64,000 bases of DNA from Octopus vulgaris. Lineage: Eukaryota. Under the pieces are notes generated by a model. It was not told the origin of the DNA, did not search any database, and saw only the letters and a list, made by a program, of their open reading frames with translations. Positions 1-13,359 of this stretch are shown one piece after another; position 1 is the stretch's first letter, and each line of letters begins with the position of its first letter. The position numbers and the translations under genes are program-made. Location of the stretch: assembly GCA_951406725.2 (NCBI GenBank), contig OX597823.1, positions 620,001-684,000 of the forward strand. Reading direction: 5' to 3'.

Positions 1-590
1 CTGATGACATTGGGATTGAATTTGGTCTTGATAAATATGCCAAGGCCACTTTCCAGAAAGGGAATTTGAAGACCTCACATTCAGTGGTGTTTAGATGTTG
101 ACACAGTTATAAAAGAACTTGAGCAGGAACAAACTTATAAATACGACGGAATAAATGAGGGCTTTGGCATTCAGCATGCAAACATAAAGCAGAAGATCAG
201 GAAGGAATGTTACAGAAGAGGTCGATCAGTCCTTAAATCTGAGTTAAATGCACATAACAAGGTGTTAGCTATAAATTCCTTAGCAGTTCCGGTTGTTATT
301 TACAGTTTCAATGTGTTGAACTGGAATATGAGCGAAATAAGGAAGATTGACAGGAAAATCCGTAAGCTGCTGACTTGCAATAAGATGCACCACCCAAAGG
401 CAGACACAGATCGTCTTTAGCCACCCAGAGCTCAAGGAAGTCGAGGCTTGATCCAATTTGAAATCTCCAACAAAACCACCACAATTAGACTGGTAAAATA
501 TCTTTAAACATCTAACAACTGGATGCTAAAGCTCATTGAAAACCATCAAAACATGCATTTTGCTCTGCATGCTAACGATTCTAGCAGCTG
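1..590 (+). mobile_element. R4/Dong-clade non-LTR retrotransposon fragment (RT C-terminal region), degenerate, runs off window start
   Basis: Manual translation gives DDIGIEFGLDKYAKATF...TYKY..I...LKSELNAHNKVLAINSLAVPVVIYSFNVLNW...IDRKIRKLLTCNKMHHPKADTDRL*PPRAQGSRGL. These motifs are typical of R4/Dong RT-thumb regions. Stops and frameshifts are present. Confidence 0.8.
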
Positions 591-596
591 AGCATA

Positions 597-941
597 AAGA
601 GAGAGAGAGAGAGAGAGATACTAAGTGACAAAGGAGGATATCAATGTAATAGGAAGAGGAAACCCTGAGAGAAAAAGGAAGAGTTATAAAACAAAAGAAA
701 TGATAAACTGATTGAGAGAGGGGGGAAGAGAGAGGAAGAGAAATAGTGGACAAGAGAGAGTGAGGAAGAAAGGGGGAGAGTGAAGGGAAAAGAAAAAGGT
801 AGAGAGAGGAGAAAAATAGAGGATAAGAGAGAGAGGAAGAGAAATAGAGGATAAGAGACCCAGAGAGGGGAAAAGAGTGGGAGTGAGAGGAGGAAGAGAG
901 AGAGAAGAAGTGAGGAAGAGGGAAGAGAAATCGAGGAAGTA

Positions 942-980
<39 letters not shown>

Positions 981-985
981 TAGCT
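597..985. repeat. GA-rich low-complexity tract / (GA)n microsatellite
   Basis: Purine-only degenerate GA repeats; explains the Ser/Leu-rich minus-strand ORFs. Confidence 0.9.
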
Positions 986-1299
986 AAAATACAATAAATG
1001 ACCATCAAAATAAAGTAAAAAAAAAAAAAAAGGCTCGTCAAGTTCCAAATCTAAATAAACTAAATTAGATAAGAAGATTAAGTGGATTAATATATTCACA
1101 GCACTGCACCGATGTGTGTGTGTGTGTGTGTTGAGGAATGTTCATAATGCATAAGTTGTCAGCAGCTGAGTTGACATTGTTTGTTCCCCATTATGACTGG
1201 TTGTCAACTGGAAGACCATTTGACAGTAAAATCCCGTCACAAATAACAACTCCCATTTTGAACCTCACTAACAAAATGAAAAAAAAAAAAAAAGAATGG

Positions 1300-1425
1300 A
1301 TGTGAAAAGCTGGTTGGCCTGAGACCATAGCATAAGATATTTGTCCCCAAGGTGCCCTGCAGTGAGACAGAACATGAAACTACGTGGTTGGGAAGCAAAC
1401 TTCTTCTGACACGGCCACACCTACA
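1300..1425 (-). mobile_element. tRNA-derived SINE family A head (degenerate)
   Basis: Reverse complement GGTGTGGCCGTGTCAGAAGAAGTTTGCTTCCCAACCACGTAG...GGCACCTTGGGGAC matches the copies at 22110 and 30050. Confidence 0.7.
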
Positions 1426-2042
1426 GGTGTGTGTGTGGGTGGGTGTGAGGGAACTCTTTGAAGTTACCAACTTAAACAAATATTAACAGGAATAAAGCAT
1501 TGTTGCTTCTGAAAGAATAAAATGGAGAAGAGAACATAGGACAACTCACCACTGCTGTGCTCAGTCATACATGGACACACATAAATACCTGTTAATCTTC
1601 AACAGTCAGTAAAGCCCAGGTGAAAAAGTCTGCTCTTCATTATTATTTTTGAAATAGTAAAGCACGTCTACAGGTCCACATTATTAGCTGTAAGCTCATG
1701 AGTTCACTTCTCACAATAGACATTATCCTGGGTCTCCTGGACATGAGCAGCAGACACATCAAGGAAAGAAACATTGCTTTCTACACAAGTTAATTAAAAG
1801 AATGACGAACACATACGAGTGAGAATTGTTTGTGAAGGGAAACAGATTCAATTGGCAAAAAGGTGAAACTGATGCGCTACATGATCCATATTTCAGTTGG
1901 CAATGTCCTCGGTTCAAATCAAACAGTTTTAATGTAGTTGCTCAGCTTTGTTAATAAAAATAATTCAGGAGATGAAAGGAAGTTTATATTTCAATAAAAT
2001 TAAAACAAAGTTTGAATTTCAACTCAGTCATCTACCACCCTG

Positions 2043-2084
<42 letters not shown>

Positions 2085-2689
2085 GAAAACCAGATGAAGT
2101 ACTGAACTTCTGGTTAACAAGATTAAGAGTTCATATTCTGTTGCCTTCTGTGGAATCTTAATTAGACTTGGTTAAGTAGTAATCATGGAGATACAAAGCA
2201 AGAAAAAAACTCAACTAGAAGCTAAAACAAGCTGTGTTAACAGCATATTTGAGGGAATGCTCTAAATAAGTGAACAAAAGAAACTATAGTAGTAGTAGTA
2301 GTAGTAGTAGAAGAGCTAGTGATGGTGGTGGAGGTGGTATCAATATTTCTGAATGAAAGATAATTGTCCAATCCAAGTTGTCTATGTTAAGAGTACTGGT
2401 AGTGATGATGATGATGATGATGATGAAAAGAAGAAAGACTTGTTTTATTAAAGCATTGGGGTGACTAAAACCTGGAGCACAGAAAGAATGACACAGTGTT
2501 GCTTTATGTGTGTCAGAGAAGAGAGAGAGAGAGAGAGAGATGGACAGACAAAAAGATAGAGAGACAGAAGCAGAGAGAGGGGGAAGAGACAGAGACCCAA
2601 TTTTCAAGTTTCAGTAAACACAAGCAGGATTTAAATAAACAACAACAACAATACTGATTTCTAAGGAAGGCAACCTATATTGAATGAAG

Positions 2690-2962
2690 ATTCAGTCGAG
2701 TATATCAAACCTATTATTTTACTGGTATTCACTTTATCAGCCCAAGAAAAGCAAAACACTTTGAGCCAGAATTGACCATACTAAATACCATAAGACATTT
2801 TGCCAGCTGACTTTCTGTCTCTGATATTGCTGTAATAACAATACTACTACTGTTAACAACAACAACAACAACAACAGCAACAACAACAGCAACAACAACA
2901 ACAGCAACAACAGCAGCAGCAGCAGCAGCAGCAACAGCAACAGCAACAACAACAACAACAAC

Positions 2963-2993
<31 letters not shown>

Positions 2994-3150
2994 GTTTCAA
3001 ATTTTCACATTGCCTCCAGTACTTGACCGGTACTTTATTTTATTGGCCCAGAAAGTACGAAAGGCAACACCCACTTTGTTAGAATTTTAACTCAGAACAC
3101 AATGAGTTGGAATAAGCAAAATTGCAGGAACTCTAACAATTCTGCCACTT
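2690..3150 (-). mobile_element. Two degenerate Meta-domain-like SINE (family B) fragments flanking a CAA/CAG/TAA microsatellite
   Basis: ACTGGTACTT(T)ATTTTAT...GAAAGGCAA...AATTTTAACTCAGAAC...ATTCTGCCA matches the family B copies at 22.4-23.1 kb. Confidence 0.6.
2854..2991. repeat. Compound trinucleotide microsatellite (CAA)n/(CAG)n/(TAA)n
   Basis: Direct reading; source of the poly-Leu ORF 2737..3000. Confidence 0.95.
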
Positions 3151-3264
3151 CATTAGATGATGATGATGATATTTTCTTTAGACATTTGCCAAGACCAAAA
3201 TTTGCAATTCACCTCCCAAGAAGAGGAGCAAGACATCATTTGTGCATTGGATTATTTGCTTCAA

Positions 3265-3443
3265 TCACACGTAAAAAGCACCCACTACACTCGCGGAGTG
3301 GTTGGCGTTAGGAAGGGCATCCAGCTGTAGAAACACTGCCAGATCAGACTGGAGCCTGGTGCAGCCCCTGGCTTCCCAGACCCCGGTCGAACCATCCAAT
3401 CCGTGCTAGCGTGGAAAACGGACGTTAAACAATGATGATGATG
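3265..3443 (+). mobile_element. RTE LINE 3' terminal fragment with (GAT)n tail
   Basis: CACGTAAAAAGCACCCACTACACTCGCGGAGTGGTTGGCGTTAGGAAGGGCATCCAG...GGACGTTAAACAATGATGATGAT matches the 3' end of the element at 45922-49327. Confidence 0.9.
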
Positions 3444-3699
3444 AATGAAGTGGAATAACTTGAACAGGGATGGAAACTTATGTCTGGCTCTTTTGATCTT
3501 CTTTGTAATAATTTATAGCTTTCAGTCAAGAAGAGACAGATATAAAAGAAGGGAGTGTTTTAAGAAGAAAAAATGGGTCCAGACAGATGCTAACATTTCA
3601 CTGTTGGATGCATGTCTTCATATTCAAAGGGGGTTTATTAACACCAACTCCTTAACACCATTATTCTATGTGCAGAAACAAAAAGCACCAAGAGCACAC

Positions 3700-5205
3700 A
3701 GGACTTAGATTCTCTCAAATGCCCAGGAGGCTCTCTTGAGGTTGTGGATGGTTTCTGTTACCTAGGTGACCAAATTAGCAATGGTGGAGTATGCTCTGAA
3801 AGTATTGTTTCTAGAATAAGAATTGGGTGGAGGAAATTCAGAGAGCTGTTACCTCTGATGGCAACAAAAGAACTCTCTCTCAGAGTGAAAGGTAGACTAT
3901 AAGATGCTTGTGTGTGAACGGCTATACTCTATGGTAGTGAGACATGGGCTCTGAATGCTGATGACATGCGTAGACTGGGGAGAAATGAAGGCAGTATGCT
4001 CCGTTGGATGTGCAATGTCAGTGCATATGTACGGCAAAGTGCAAATGTATTGAGAGAAAAGTTGGGCATAAGAGGAATCAAATGCAGCTTGCAAGAGAGA
4101 GGACTGTGTTGGTTTGGACATGCGTATGAATGAGGACAGATGTATATAGAAGTGCTGATCACTGAAAAGAGATGGTACCCTCAGAAGAGGGAGACCCAGG
4201 AAGATGTGGGATGAAGTGGTAAGGACCGATCTCAGAATGTTGGGCCTCGTGGAGGAAATGACCACGGACTAAGATGTCTGGCAATATGTAGTTCTTGAGA
4301 AGACCCACCCGTGTCTGAAACTGAGTTCTAGAAGCAGTGTGTGTCCCACCCACACTGAACAAGAAAACTTCTCACACACTCTACCGTAACAATTCAAACC
4401 AAACTACATCTCTTCTCTTCCTCACATTTCCACTTCATGCTTACCTCCCCCTCCCCAATCCTGTCCTCTTGGCCCTGGGCCACTGTCTCATTGCCCTCCA
4501 CTTGCCCCCCACCCCCCGCCAACCTGTGTGTTCTACGCACATGCCCTGTCTCACTCTATTATCTATCTGCTAGCCCCCAATCTGTGTGTTCTGCCCACAC
4601 TTAACTCCTTCATACACTAAACCTGTCCTCACACCCCTGTTCCTCTGTATCATTGCTCTCCAGTAGCCCCCTGCCACCAACTCCATACACACCCAGGTTT
4701 TCAAAACTCTTTAATCACACCCGCTTTGCATTATCCTGCCACTTATATTATGGCATTTGAACCTCAAGGCTATGCTCTGACACTTGCCACTATCTACATC
4801 TCTCTCTTCCTTTATATGACCATCCCATTTATATTCTGATCCCTGTTCCTCGTGAGTATGCCCGGCATTTTGCCACCTTCTCTATCCTGCAGTCTCCCAC
4901 TTTCTCTTCTCCTGCACTACCCTCAGGTTGGGTAACCGTGTATTTCCTTTGCAGTAGCACTCCTGGTTCTGTCTTCATTCCAGATTTTTCTCTCTCTGGC
5001 CAGGTAACCTTGTACTTCCTCTACAGCAAGACACCTGTATCTGTCTCACTATAACCATTTCATCATCCAACATAAGACCACCCCCTCCAATTATATATAA
5101 TTATATAATCCTCTCCGCTTGAAAGTTTTTTATATTTTGCTTTGCCAGTACTTGGTGATCCTGTCAGTGTAGGTTCCACTTAAAAGCACCCAGTCCACAC
5201 TGTGA
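3700..5205 (+). mobile_element. RTE LINE, related family B: RT C-terminal fragment plus long pyrimidine-rich 3' UTR
   Basis: Translates to LEVVDGFCYLGDQISNGGVCSESIVSRIRIGWRKFRELLPLMATK...LYGSETWAL...MLRWMCNV...GRPRKMWDEVVR, homologous to but diverged from the main RTE family. A CT-rich tail follows, ending in AAAGCACCCAGTCCACACTG. Confidence 0.85.
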
Positions 5206-6319
5206 TCATGTAACGATTTAAGTTATTTAAGTTGTTGCACACAATTTTCATACCCTGAACACTGTTCTACTATGTTCTAAGTCTCCACCTACAACCAACA
5301 GTAGTACTACCACTACTACTACTATGACCACCACAACAACAACTACTGCTAATATCCCAACATTCACAACAACACCACCAATAAAGGACACCTCCACCAC
5401 CATTACCATCAACAAGATGAACCAACAGGAGAACCTGCAGGTGGTTGCTCGGCCTTCTAGAAAAGGCAACCAAATCCCTCTCAAACCTCACTCTACCATC
5501 ATAAAAAGGAATGCATTGAATCATGTTACCTTTGGTTCAATGCTCATAATGGCTACAGGAAAGGTCTGTTGTTCTATCTTTGATCATTTACACCTGTTCA
5601 GGGCTGACCTGGGGTTAAACAACGAGCCACTACCATTATTCCAGCAAGGAAGCTTTTAGCCTGTATATGGATACTCAGATTGCTAGAAATAGCGACCATG
5701 ACAGCCTCAAAACTACATTGGAAAGGGACAATTGGAAGAGGGGTTAAACAATGTTCCCATCGTTACCATAACAACAGAAAACTGTCACCAAAACCAATTT
5801 TGGGGACAAACTCTGTAAATATTTATGTCAAGACAGCAGGGTCACAGAAACATTTAACCAACTCCACCAATGCACATGTGTGAGGGAGGGAGAGAGATAA
5901 TGGGTGTTTATGTGAGAGAGAGAGAGAGAGAGAAAGGGAGAGGTAGAAGGAAGGAAATCCTCCATCACCCCCAGGTCACACATTTAACAAGAACCATTTG
6001 TTCAGAGAAAAGATAGGGTAAGACTTACCACATAAAACACACACACACACACACTTGTCTGTATGTGTAAAGAGACAATAATACACAGCCATCATTATAC
6101 AGACATCTGTGTATACACACACACACACACATTTCTCTGTACATAGAAGGATTCCTTATGTTGGCCAAGAAGTCTGACAGGTTGTGTAAGAACGAGGGTG
6201 GGGGTGGAAATAGGAAGAAATGATGTTCATGCATTTCCATCAACAATATGAATGAAATAAAATTTGAAATCCAAGATTTGGAATATCCCCCCCTCCCCAC
6301 CATCTAACCATCATGAAAA

Positions 6320-6835
6320 GATTTTGCTCAACATGCTAGGAACAACAGCCAAATCTCCTTGAAATCATAACAACACTCTTAAAGAAAGATGCATTGAATA
6401 ATACAGTCCCTTCTAGACAAAGAGGTCATGGTTGGAAGTTCTTTGCTCACTTTGAACTGATCGGAGACTAAACAAAGTCAATGACGATGCCTCTACATGG
6501 ATGCTCAACATGCTAGAAATAGAAGCAAATCTCTCAAATCAGTTTACTGTCTTTAACCCTTTTCTTACCATATTTCTGTTTCGGTTAATTTTGAAAGGAA
6601 TGGAGAACTTTGAGAAATAATTACCGTTATGAAGCAAAAATGTCTGGAACAGGAATCAACAAGAAATTTGAATCATAGAACCAAGGCTGGTCTTGGTGGA
6701 GGTTGGTCTCAAAAGTGTTAAAGAAAATGTGGTTGTGTGGGTGAAATGTGTCTAGGGTAAAAGACAGGAAGGGCATGGCTGGAAAGTTATTTTTGACCAC
6801 GAGTCTATTCAAAGAAGGCTGATTTAGGGCTAAAT
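6320..6835 (+). repeat. Two copies of an unclassified ~160-bp dispersed repeat (GCTCAACATGCTAGAAATAGCAGCCAAATCTC... family)
   Basis: The same motif recurs at about 5675, 7710-7900(-), 9880-10000(-), 29730, 30700-30860(-), 44380-44560(-) and 52190. Confidence 0.65.
6553..6721. mobile_element. piggyBac-like MITE (TTAA-CCCTTTT...AAAAGTG-TTAA)
   Basis: TTAA at 6553-6556 and 6718-6721 with imperfect short TIRs. It interrupts a dispersed repeat (ATGCTCAACATGCTAGAAATAG... family) that resumes after 6721. Confidence 0.65.
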
Positions 6836-6984
6836 AAAAATTTTATAGACGGATTTAGTGTTAATTTCCCAACTGAAGAGATCTGATATTCTACCCAAAC
6901 AGGGGTACTGTCTGTTCTGGGGTATTTCAATGTACTTTCTCTCCATCTTTAGCAACAGGAGATCTAACACAATGCAATAATGAA

Positions 6985-7190
6985 GTTTGGTAAGAATTGG
7001 AGCCATTGTGGCTCCTTGTTTATTCCTATTGTTTTGAATCAAGCATGGATTATCTCATAGCTTCAAGATTTTGAAGATGTGATTGTTTATTTTGAGAACG
7101 ACATTGTTGGGTAGGTGTAAAAGTTCAGATCTGGCTGATCTGAATATAAAAGAGGTGAAATATAAGGGCCAGCTTAAATGCTAAAGGGTT
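6985..7190. mobile_element. piggyBac-like MITE family 2 (degenerate)
   Basis: Shares ATTATCTCATAGCTT...TTGTTTATTTT(T)AGAATGACATTGT...GATCTGGC...AATGCTAAAGGGTT with 10031-10250, 33740-34227 and 35600-35822. Confidence 0.65.
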
Positions 7191-8639
7191 TATGGTGGCC
7201 ATGGCAGTGGTGGTAGTGGTAGCTAATTTCCATAATATTCCATTGTATTTAAAACAAGGCCCAGAATCTTCCTTTTCCTCAGTTACTAGACAGCAATTAA
7301 TGTGGTGGTGGTGGTTGTACCAAAGTGGTGTTGCAGTTGTGGCTACAAGTCACTGATGTGGTGTGTCTCTTAGATGAGACATTAAACCCCATTTGTCTCT
7401 CATCTCACAGTAATTAAACAGGAACAGGGAGAAAATAACTCAATGACTGAACACTGAATTAATTAAAAAGCAATTAATTCAATGATTTAGGGTTGAAATT
7501 AAATTCTTTCTGCTTTCTGATGACAATGAAACATTTTGTGATTAGTTTTACTTAATCCTGGCTTTAAAACATCTGTTTTCAACCCGACAAAGCTTTGTAA
7601 TAAAATTCATTTGTTCTGAAACAATTGGAAATGTATCAGGGCCCTTAAGGAGTTGTGCCTCACCAAAATCTTTTATGTAACAAAGCAAGTCATTCCATGT
7701 AAGGCAGACATTGTTTAGTCTTAAGGCAATCCTAACCGAGCAGAGTTAAGATCTAAGGCACTCCATCCATGACCATTCCATCGTTTTAGGAGTATACAAA
7801 ACTTATATGTCTAATGTACACTCTCCTTTGCTAATGTGATTGGGTGTGATTCGAGGGAGATTTGGCTGTTGTTTCCAACAAGCTCACTGACTATACAGGC
7901 TCCCTCAATGGTTCAATATATAATAGAGTCAACCGAATGGAATACTTGTGTTGCTGTGGGTTCTTTAGTAAAGTAACAATACATTCCTCAAAGAAAAGTT
8001 GAAATTGCATTGCATTGTCAGTGTTTTGGGAGTTTTATGTCTTCTGTTATGTAACGTGTGTGTAACCCCCTTCTGGGTAACAAGTAACTAACAATAAGGG
8101 GGGGGGGACAAGTGTAAAGAAAATGTCATTTATGCGCATCAAATAAATGGAGTATGTGATGAGGAGGTATTAGCAGTTAATTAGAGAAGGAAACGAAGAG
8201 TGGTGTTTGTTGGTGGCTAGGACAGGTGTCTATGGAAATTTGATCCAAGAGAATAGGTGTAGGGCTTTGAGATTTAGCTTTGTGGTATTAAGTAGATAAG
8301 AGATAAATATTATGCTGGACAGAATACTAATCCATGTGTTGTTAATCAGAAGAGAAGGTTGGACAGTGTTCATGGAATGTTAAAGAAAGGACACTGAAGT
8401 ACTTGGCAGCAACTGCTACCAAGTCTAAACAAGAGATAATCTCAAGAATATAGAATCCTCCAAAATCTACATGCTATTAAGACAAGACAGTCTGCGTGAA
8501 GGCAAAACAGATGTGGATGTGTTTCTGCTTCAATGAGCATCATCAGCACAGCATCTGACCTAACTTAGCAAACAAAACACTTAAACAAACACCAAAAAAA
8601 AAAAAGATAAAGCAGAATGCATTAATGGCCTGGGTAAAT

Positions 8640-9400
8640 TGCATGGTGCAACTTGGCTCATCCGAAAGGGGTCTTCTGCATGCAATGAATAGATTCACAG
8701 CTAAGGGCTGCAAGGCAGGGATGAAAGTTAGTGTTGCCAAGACTGAGACATTGGTCCTCCTCTTTGCAATACATTCTAAGACAAGTTTAAGTTCCTCTTG
8801 GCTGTGTTCACAAGTGATGAGAAGCAGGAGGCACAATTGGATGTTTGAATTGCTGGTGTCGGTGGCACAGTAATGCCCCCAATCCCAGCATTCAATCCTC
8901 AGAAGAGGAGAAGTTGGCAGAAAAGAAAGCCCAAAATCTCTCTTCAATTTGGTTTCCATGCTTATCCTCATCCCTGGTCATGAATGTTGAGTAATGGCCA
9001 AAAGAGAATGACTGTGAATACAAGAGGCTGAAATGGGGTTCCATTAAAAGGTGTCTGGGGTAAGATTACTTGACAAGGTACACAACTCAGGGATTGGGGA
9101 TTCTTTCCAGGTTGAAATGTTACTTCTTTGCATTGAGAGGTCACAGCTCCAGCATCACAGACATGCAATTAGAATGTCACAGGAAAGAATCACAAAATGG
9201 ATTCTTCACGATGTGCAAACCAGTTGGAGACCTAAGAGTAGACGAAGAAAGTGATGGGTGGATAACATCCATAGTCCTCAGCTGGTCACACTTGGCAATC
9301 CAGCCAGAAAGTCTAATGAGGTTTCTTCTCACAGGACACTATGGGGGAAGTGCATGAGGGCTCTACCCACCACAACCTCTCGCAGGAATAGTGGGTGGAG
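8640..9400 (+). mobile_element. Old RTE-clade LINE 3' fragment (distinct family)
   Basis: Frames give SSERGLLHAMNRF...AGMKVSVAKTETLV and AEMGF..KVSGVRLLDKVHNSGI...IERSQL...IRMSQERITK...RPK, an RTE-type RT/C-terminal signature with frameshifts. Confidence 0.7.
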
Positions 9401-9526
9401 AAAATGGATGGATGGGTAATTTGCATACATATGTGTGTGTGCGCACGTGCATGTGCCTGTGTGTGTGTGTGCATGCATGCACATGCATGTATATATTTGC
9501 ATGTATGTGCATGTGTGTAAATATGG

Positions 9527-9690
9527 ATGCAGGTGTGACTGTGTGGTTAAGAAGTTTGTCTTGCAATCACTTGGTCTTGGGTTCAATCCTACTGTTTGAC
9601 ACCTTGGCCAAGTGTCTTCTGCTAAGGTCCAGGTTAACCAAAACCTTGTGAATAGATTTGGCAGACAGAAACTGAAAAAAGCCCATCACA
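9527..9690 (+). mobile_element. tRNA-derived SINE family A head
   Basis: GCAGGTGTGACTGTGTGGTTAAGAAG (A-box-like), GGTTCAATCC (B-box-like), then ACCTTGGCCAAGTGTCTTCT...GAAACTGAAAAAAGCCC. Confidence 0.8.
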
Positions 9691-10030
9691 CACACACACA
9701 TACGTACATATGTGTGTGCATACGTATGTGTATGTATAAAAAACAAAATGCCACAGACAACATATTGATGGCTTAAGAGTTTAATAGAAAGCAAAAGTGC
9801 CACACAGTGAGATTGAACCCAAAACTATGAGATTAGAAAGTAAACATTTTCATCACCTTGCAATATCTGTCCACTGTTGATGTTTAAACCTAACGAAAGG
9901 TGTTTGGCTATTTTCCAATATAACCTTCCTTTTTAAAGATGGTAGGCAGTGATTGTAGGAAATTCAGCTGTTATTTCTAGCAGATCATGAATCTACAAAG
10001 GCTCCCACAAGTTATGATCATGTGATCACC

Positions 10031-10250
10031 TTAACCCTTAAGCATTCAGATTATTCTGTCAAAGATTAAGCTTATTTATTCACATTGCTTTGGAATGAAA
10101 TATGCATTATCTCATAACTTTGAAATTTCGATGATGTAATTGTTTATTTTTAGAATGACATTGTAAGGTAGGTATGAGAGGCGGGATCTGGCCAGTTTGA
10201 GCAGGAGAATTTTTGAGTTGGATATGATTGGTTGAAATGCCAAAGAGTCA
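10031..10250. mobile_element. piggyBac-like MITE family 2, near-complete copy
   Basis: Starts TTAA-CCCTTAAGCATT and ends AATGCCAAAGAG-TCAA (decayed TIR and TTAA); the internal sequence is shared with three other copies in the window. Confidence 0.7.
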
Positions 10251-11020
10251 ACCTCACAAGCCATGTGTCATGCAATGAGACTGGATTTTTGAAATAAATT
10301 ATTTTTCTAAAGACGGGTAGCACCCATGAAGTTTGTGGCCCCACCCAGACTAGTGAAGCCCAATGGAGTTGAAATGGTAGCCACCAGCACATAAACAAAC
10401 CAAAAAAGATGTTGGTTGATCTAGTTAGCAGTGTGATGTTAGTTAGAGGAGAGGAAATATGTCAAAGATTATCTGAGATTATTTGACGTGTCCTGTCAGA
10501 GAGAAAGAACTGGGACTCGAGTCTTTAAGACTGATTTTAAGTTTAGTTTAAATGTTAAGCCTGGTGTTAACATTTAAACCAGCTGTCTCCCCCACCCCAC
10601 CCCCACACACACTCAAAGTAAAAATGAGAACCTAATGAGACAAGATGTTTCATTTGATCATTAAGAATTAGACAGCAGTGGTGGGCAGCTTTGGATTAAA
10701 ATCTGTTAAACATTCAGATTTTCGTAACATGTTTTAAAAAAAGGAAAACATCTCAAAAAGTTGTTAATCAAAAAACAAGGAAAAAAAATGTTTTTCTTCT
10801 GCTTCCAAATTTTGTTGTTTGTTTTATTATCAGAAACCGAATTACTTTTGAAACAGCCTGCAGCTCTGTGAGGCAGTTATTCTAAAGAATATTCTCAGGA
10901 TTTTCAACGAAGGAATTTTTAGTTTCGTTTCATGAAAATCAAAGATGGTGGAACAAGTCTTTTTTTCTGCTTTGAATATATTTTTTTTAATGGTGAATAT
11001 ATTAATGAAACAATAAATAT

Positions 11021-11166
11021 ATGACAATGATGATGATGATGATGATGATGACGATGATGATGATGATGATGATGATGATGACGATGACGATGGCGATGGT
11101 GATGATGATGATGGTGATGATGATGATGATGATGACAATGATGATGATGATGATGATGACGATGAC

Positions 11167-11199
<33 letters not shown>
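11021..11199. repeat. Long (GAT)n microsatellite with GAC/GGT interruptions
   Basis: Direct reading; explains the poly-Met and poly-Ser ORFs. Confidence 0.95.
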
Positions 11200-11200
<1 letters not shown>

Positions 11201-11519
11201 GCTCAGATGATAGAAATCTGGATTACATCATGTCCAAGGCTTCTTGTTTTTTAATGTTTCACTTTTACATTTTTTTTACCTCATTTTCTTAGGATGAGAT
11301 GTAAAGCAGTAAGAGAGAAGCCCCCACCAGCACCACCACCAGCACCACCACCACACACACCTCACTTGGATGAAATGGGAAAATAATATCACGAAATATA
11401 GTGAAGAACGAATTTTTATTCATAATTCTGAATTGAACGTATGGATAAGTTGATTTTGATTCTTGTTTCTTTGGGGTAGATAAAAAGGTATAGGTAACAT
11501 AAGAATGGAGGCCTGCTAC

Positions 11520-11760
11520 ATCTCATCATTGTCATCATCATTTTAACGTCCGTTTTCCATGCTGGCATGGGTGGACATTTAGACAGGAAGTGGCAAGTTG
11601 AAGACTGCACCAGTCCCCAATGCCTGGTTTCTATAGCTGAATGCCTTTCCTAACGCCAACACTGTGTTATGAGTGCTTTTTATGTGAGGTCACCAAGTAA
11701 CTTGCATGACAAAGCCACCCCCATTGAGGGGTGAGTAGTATCGAGAGAGGTAACTTTGAT
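11520..11760 (-). mobile_element. RTE family B 3' UTR/tail, left part of a split copy
   Basis: CATCATCATTTTAACGTCCGTTTTCCATGCTGGCATGGGT...ATGCCTTTCCTAACGCCAAC. It continues at 15194 after the nested insertions. Confidence 0.7.
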
Positions 11761-11899
11761 TAGAACAGTGTATCTTAACCTTGCATAACCCTTAAAATAA
11801 ATCACATGTCTCAAGGAACCTCTGCACAAGAAAAATAATACACCATATCTTTCTCATATTTTTTCATCGTAGTTCACATGGTAAATACTATATATATAT

Positions 11900-11932
<33 letters not shown>

Positions 11933-13343
11933 GTTTAGTGTCCACTTTCCATGCTAGCATGGGTTGGACGGATCAATTGGGGTCTGGGAAGCCAGAAGGC
12001 TGCACCAGGCCAAGTCTGATCTGGCAATGTTTCTACGGCTGGATGCCCTTCCTAACGCCAACCACTCCGTAAGTGTAGTGGGTGCTTTTTATGTGCCACC
12101 GGTACAGGTGCCAGATGAGGTAGGCAAACAGCCACAATCGGATGGTGCTTTTCACGTGCCAACGGCACGTAGGCCAGGCGAGGCTGGCAACGGCCACGAT
12201 TGGATGGTGCTTTTTACGTGCCACCGGCACGAGGCCATCGGGGCGGCACTGGCAACGGCCACGTTCAGATGGTTCTCTTACGTACCACTGGCACTGGTAT
12301 CACAGCTGCAATTTCCATTGATGTTGATTGAGTTCGATTTTGATTCTGATTTTCACTTGCCTCAACAGGTCTTCACAAGTAGAGTTTTGTGTCCCAAGAA
12401 GGAAAGGTATGCATAAGTGGGCTGGCTACGTCCCAGGTAGAGGCCACGGGTTAAGGTCTCACTTGTCTTGCCAGGTCTTCCCACGCACAGCATACTTCCA
12501 AAGGTCTCAGTCTCTGGTCATTTCCTCAGTGAGACCTAAAGTTCGAAGGTCGTGCTTCACCACCTCGTCCCAGGTTTTCCTGGGTCTACCTCTTCCACAG
12601 GTTCCCTCAACCGCTAGGGTGTGGCACTTTTTCACACAACTATCTTCATTCATTCTCGCCACATGACCATACCAGCGCAAACGTCTCTCTTGCACACCAC
12701 AGCTGATGCTTCTTAGGTCCAGCTTTTCTCTCAAGGTTCTTACACTCTGTCGAGTATGAACACTGACATTACACATCCATCGGATCATACTGGCTTCATT
12801 TCTTGTGAGCTTACGCATATCCTCAGCAGTCACGGCCCATGTTTCACTGCCATGTAGCATGGCTGTTCATACACATGCGTCATACAGTCTGTCTTTTACT
12901 CTGAGCGAGAGGCCTTTTGTCACCAGCAGAGGTAAGAGCTCTCTGAACTTTGCCCAAGCTATTCTTACTCTAGCAGTTACACTTTCAGTATACCCGCCCC
13001 TGCTACTGACTTCGTCACCTAGGTAATGGAAGCTATCAACTATTTCTAGTTTTTCTCCCTGGAATGTGGCAGAAGTTGGTCTCAGAGCATTTTCAGTGTT
13101 TATTGCACCTGAGCATCTGCCACATACAAAAACTATCTTCCTTGTTAGCCTTCCTTTGACATTGCTGCACCTCTTATGTGTCCATAGCTTACACTTGGTG
13201 CATCTTATAGAGTTTCTACCTACACCTTTTCTACAGATCAAGCAGGGCCATCTACCTGAAGGCGTTTGTGATTTGTCTACCTTCCTACTTATTAGGACTT
13301 TGGTTTTAGCTAGATTGACTCTAAGGCCCTTCGATTCTAATCC
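11900..13343 (-). mobile_element. RTE LINE, 5'-truncated, young subfamily
   Basis: ORFs 12867..13241 and 12507..12860 (PHD-like Cys region, LHGSETWAV, GRPRKTWDEVV) are nearly identical to 47.9-48.7 kb. The 3' UTR and (GAT)n tail are at about 11900-11930. Confidence 0.95.
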
Positions 13344-13359
13344 TATATATATATATATA

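Noticed and set aside
526-3000. Long Ser/Leu-rich and poly-Leu ORFs (526..1041, 641..1099, 2284..2607, 2737..3000)
   Set aside because: They are translations of GA and CAA/TAA microsatellites. The same applies to the poly-Met/Ser ORFs at 10.8-11.3 kb and all HT/CV/YI-repeat ORFs.
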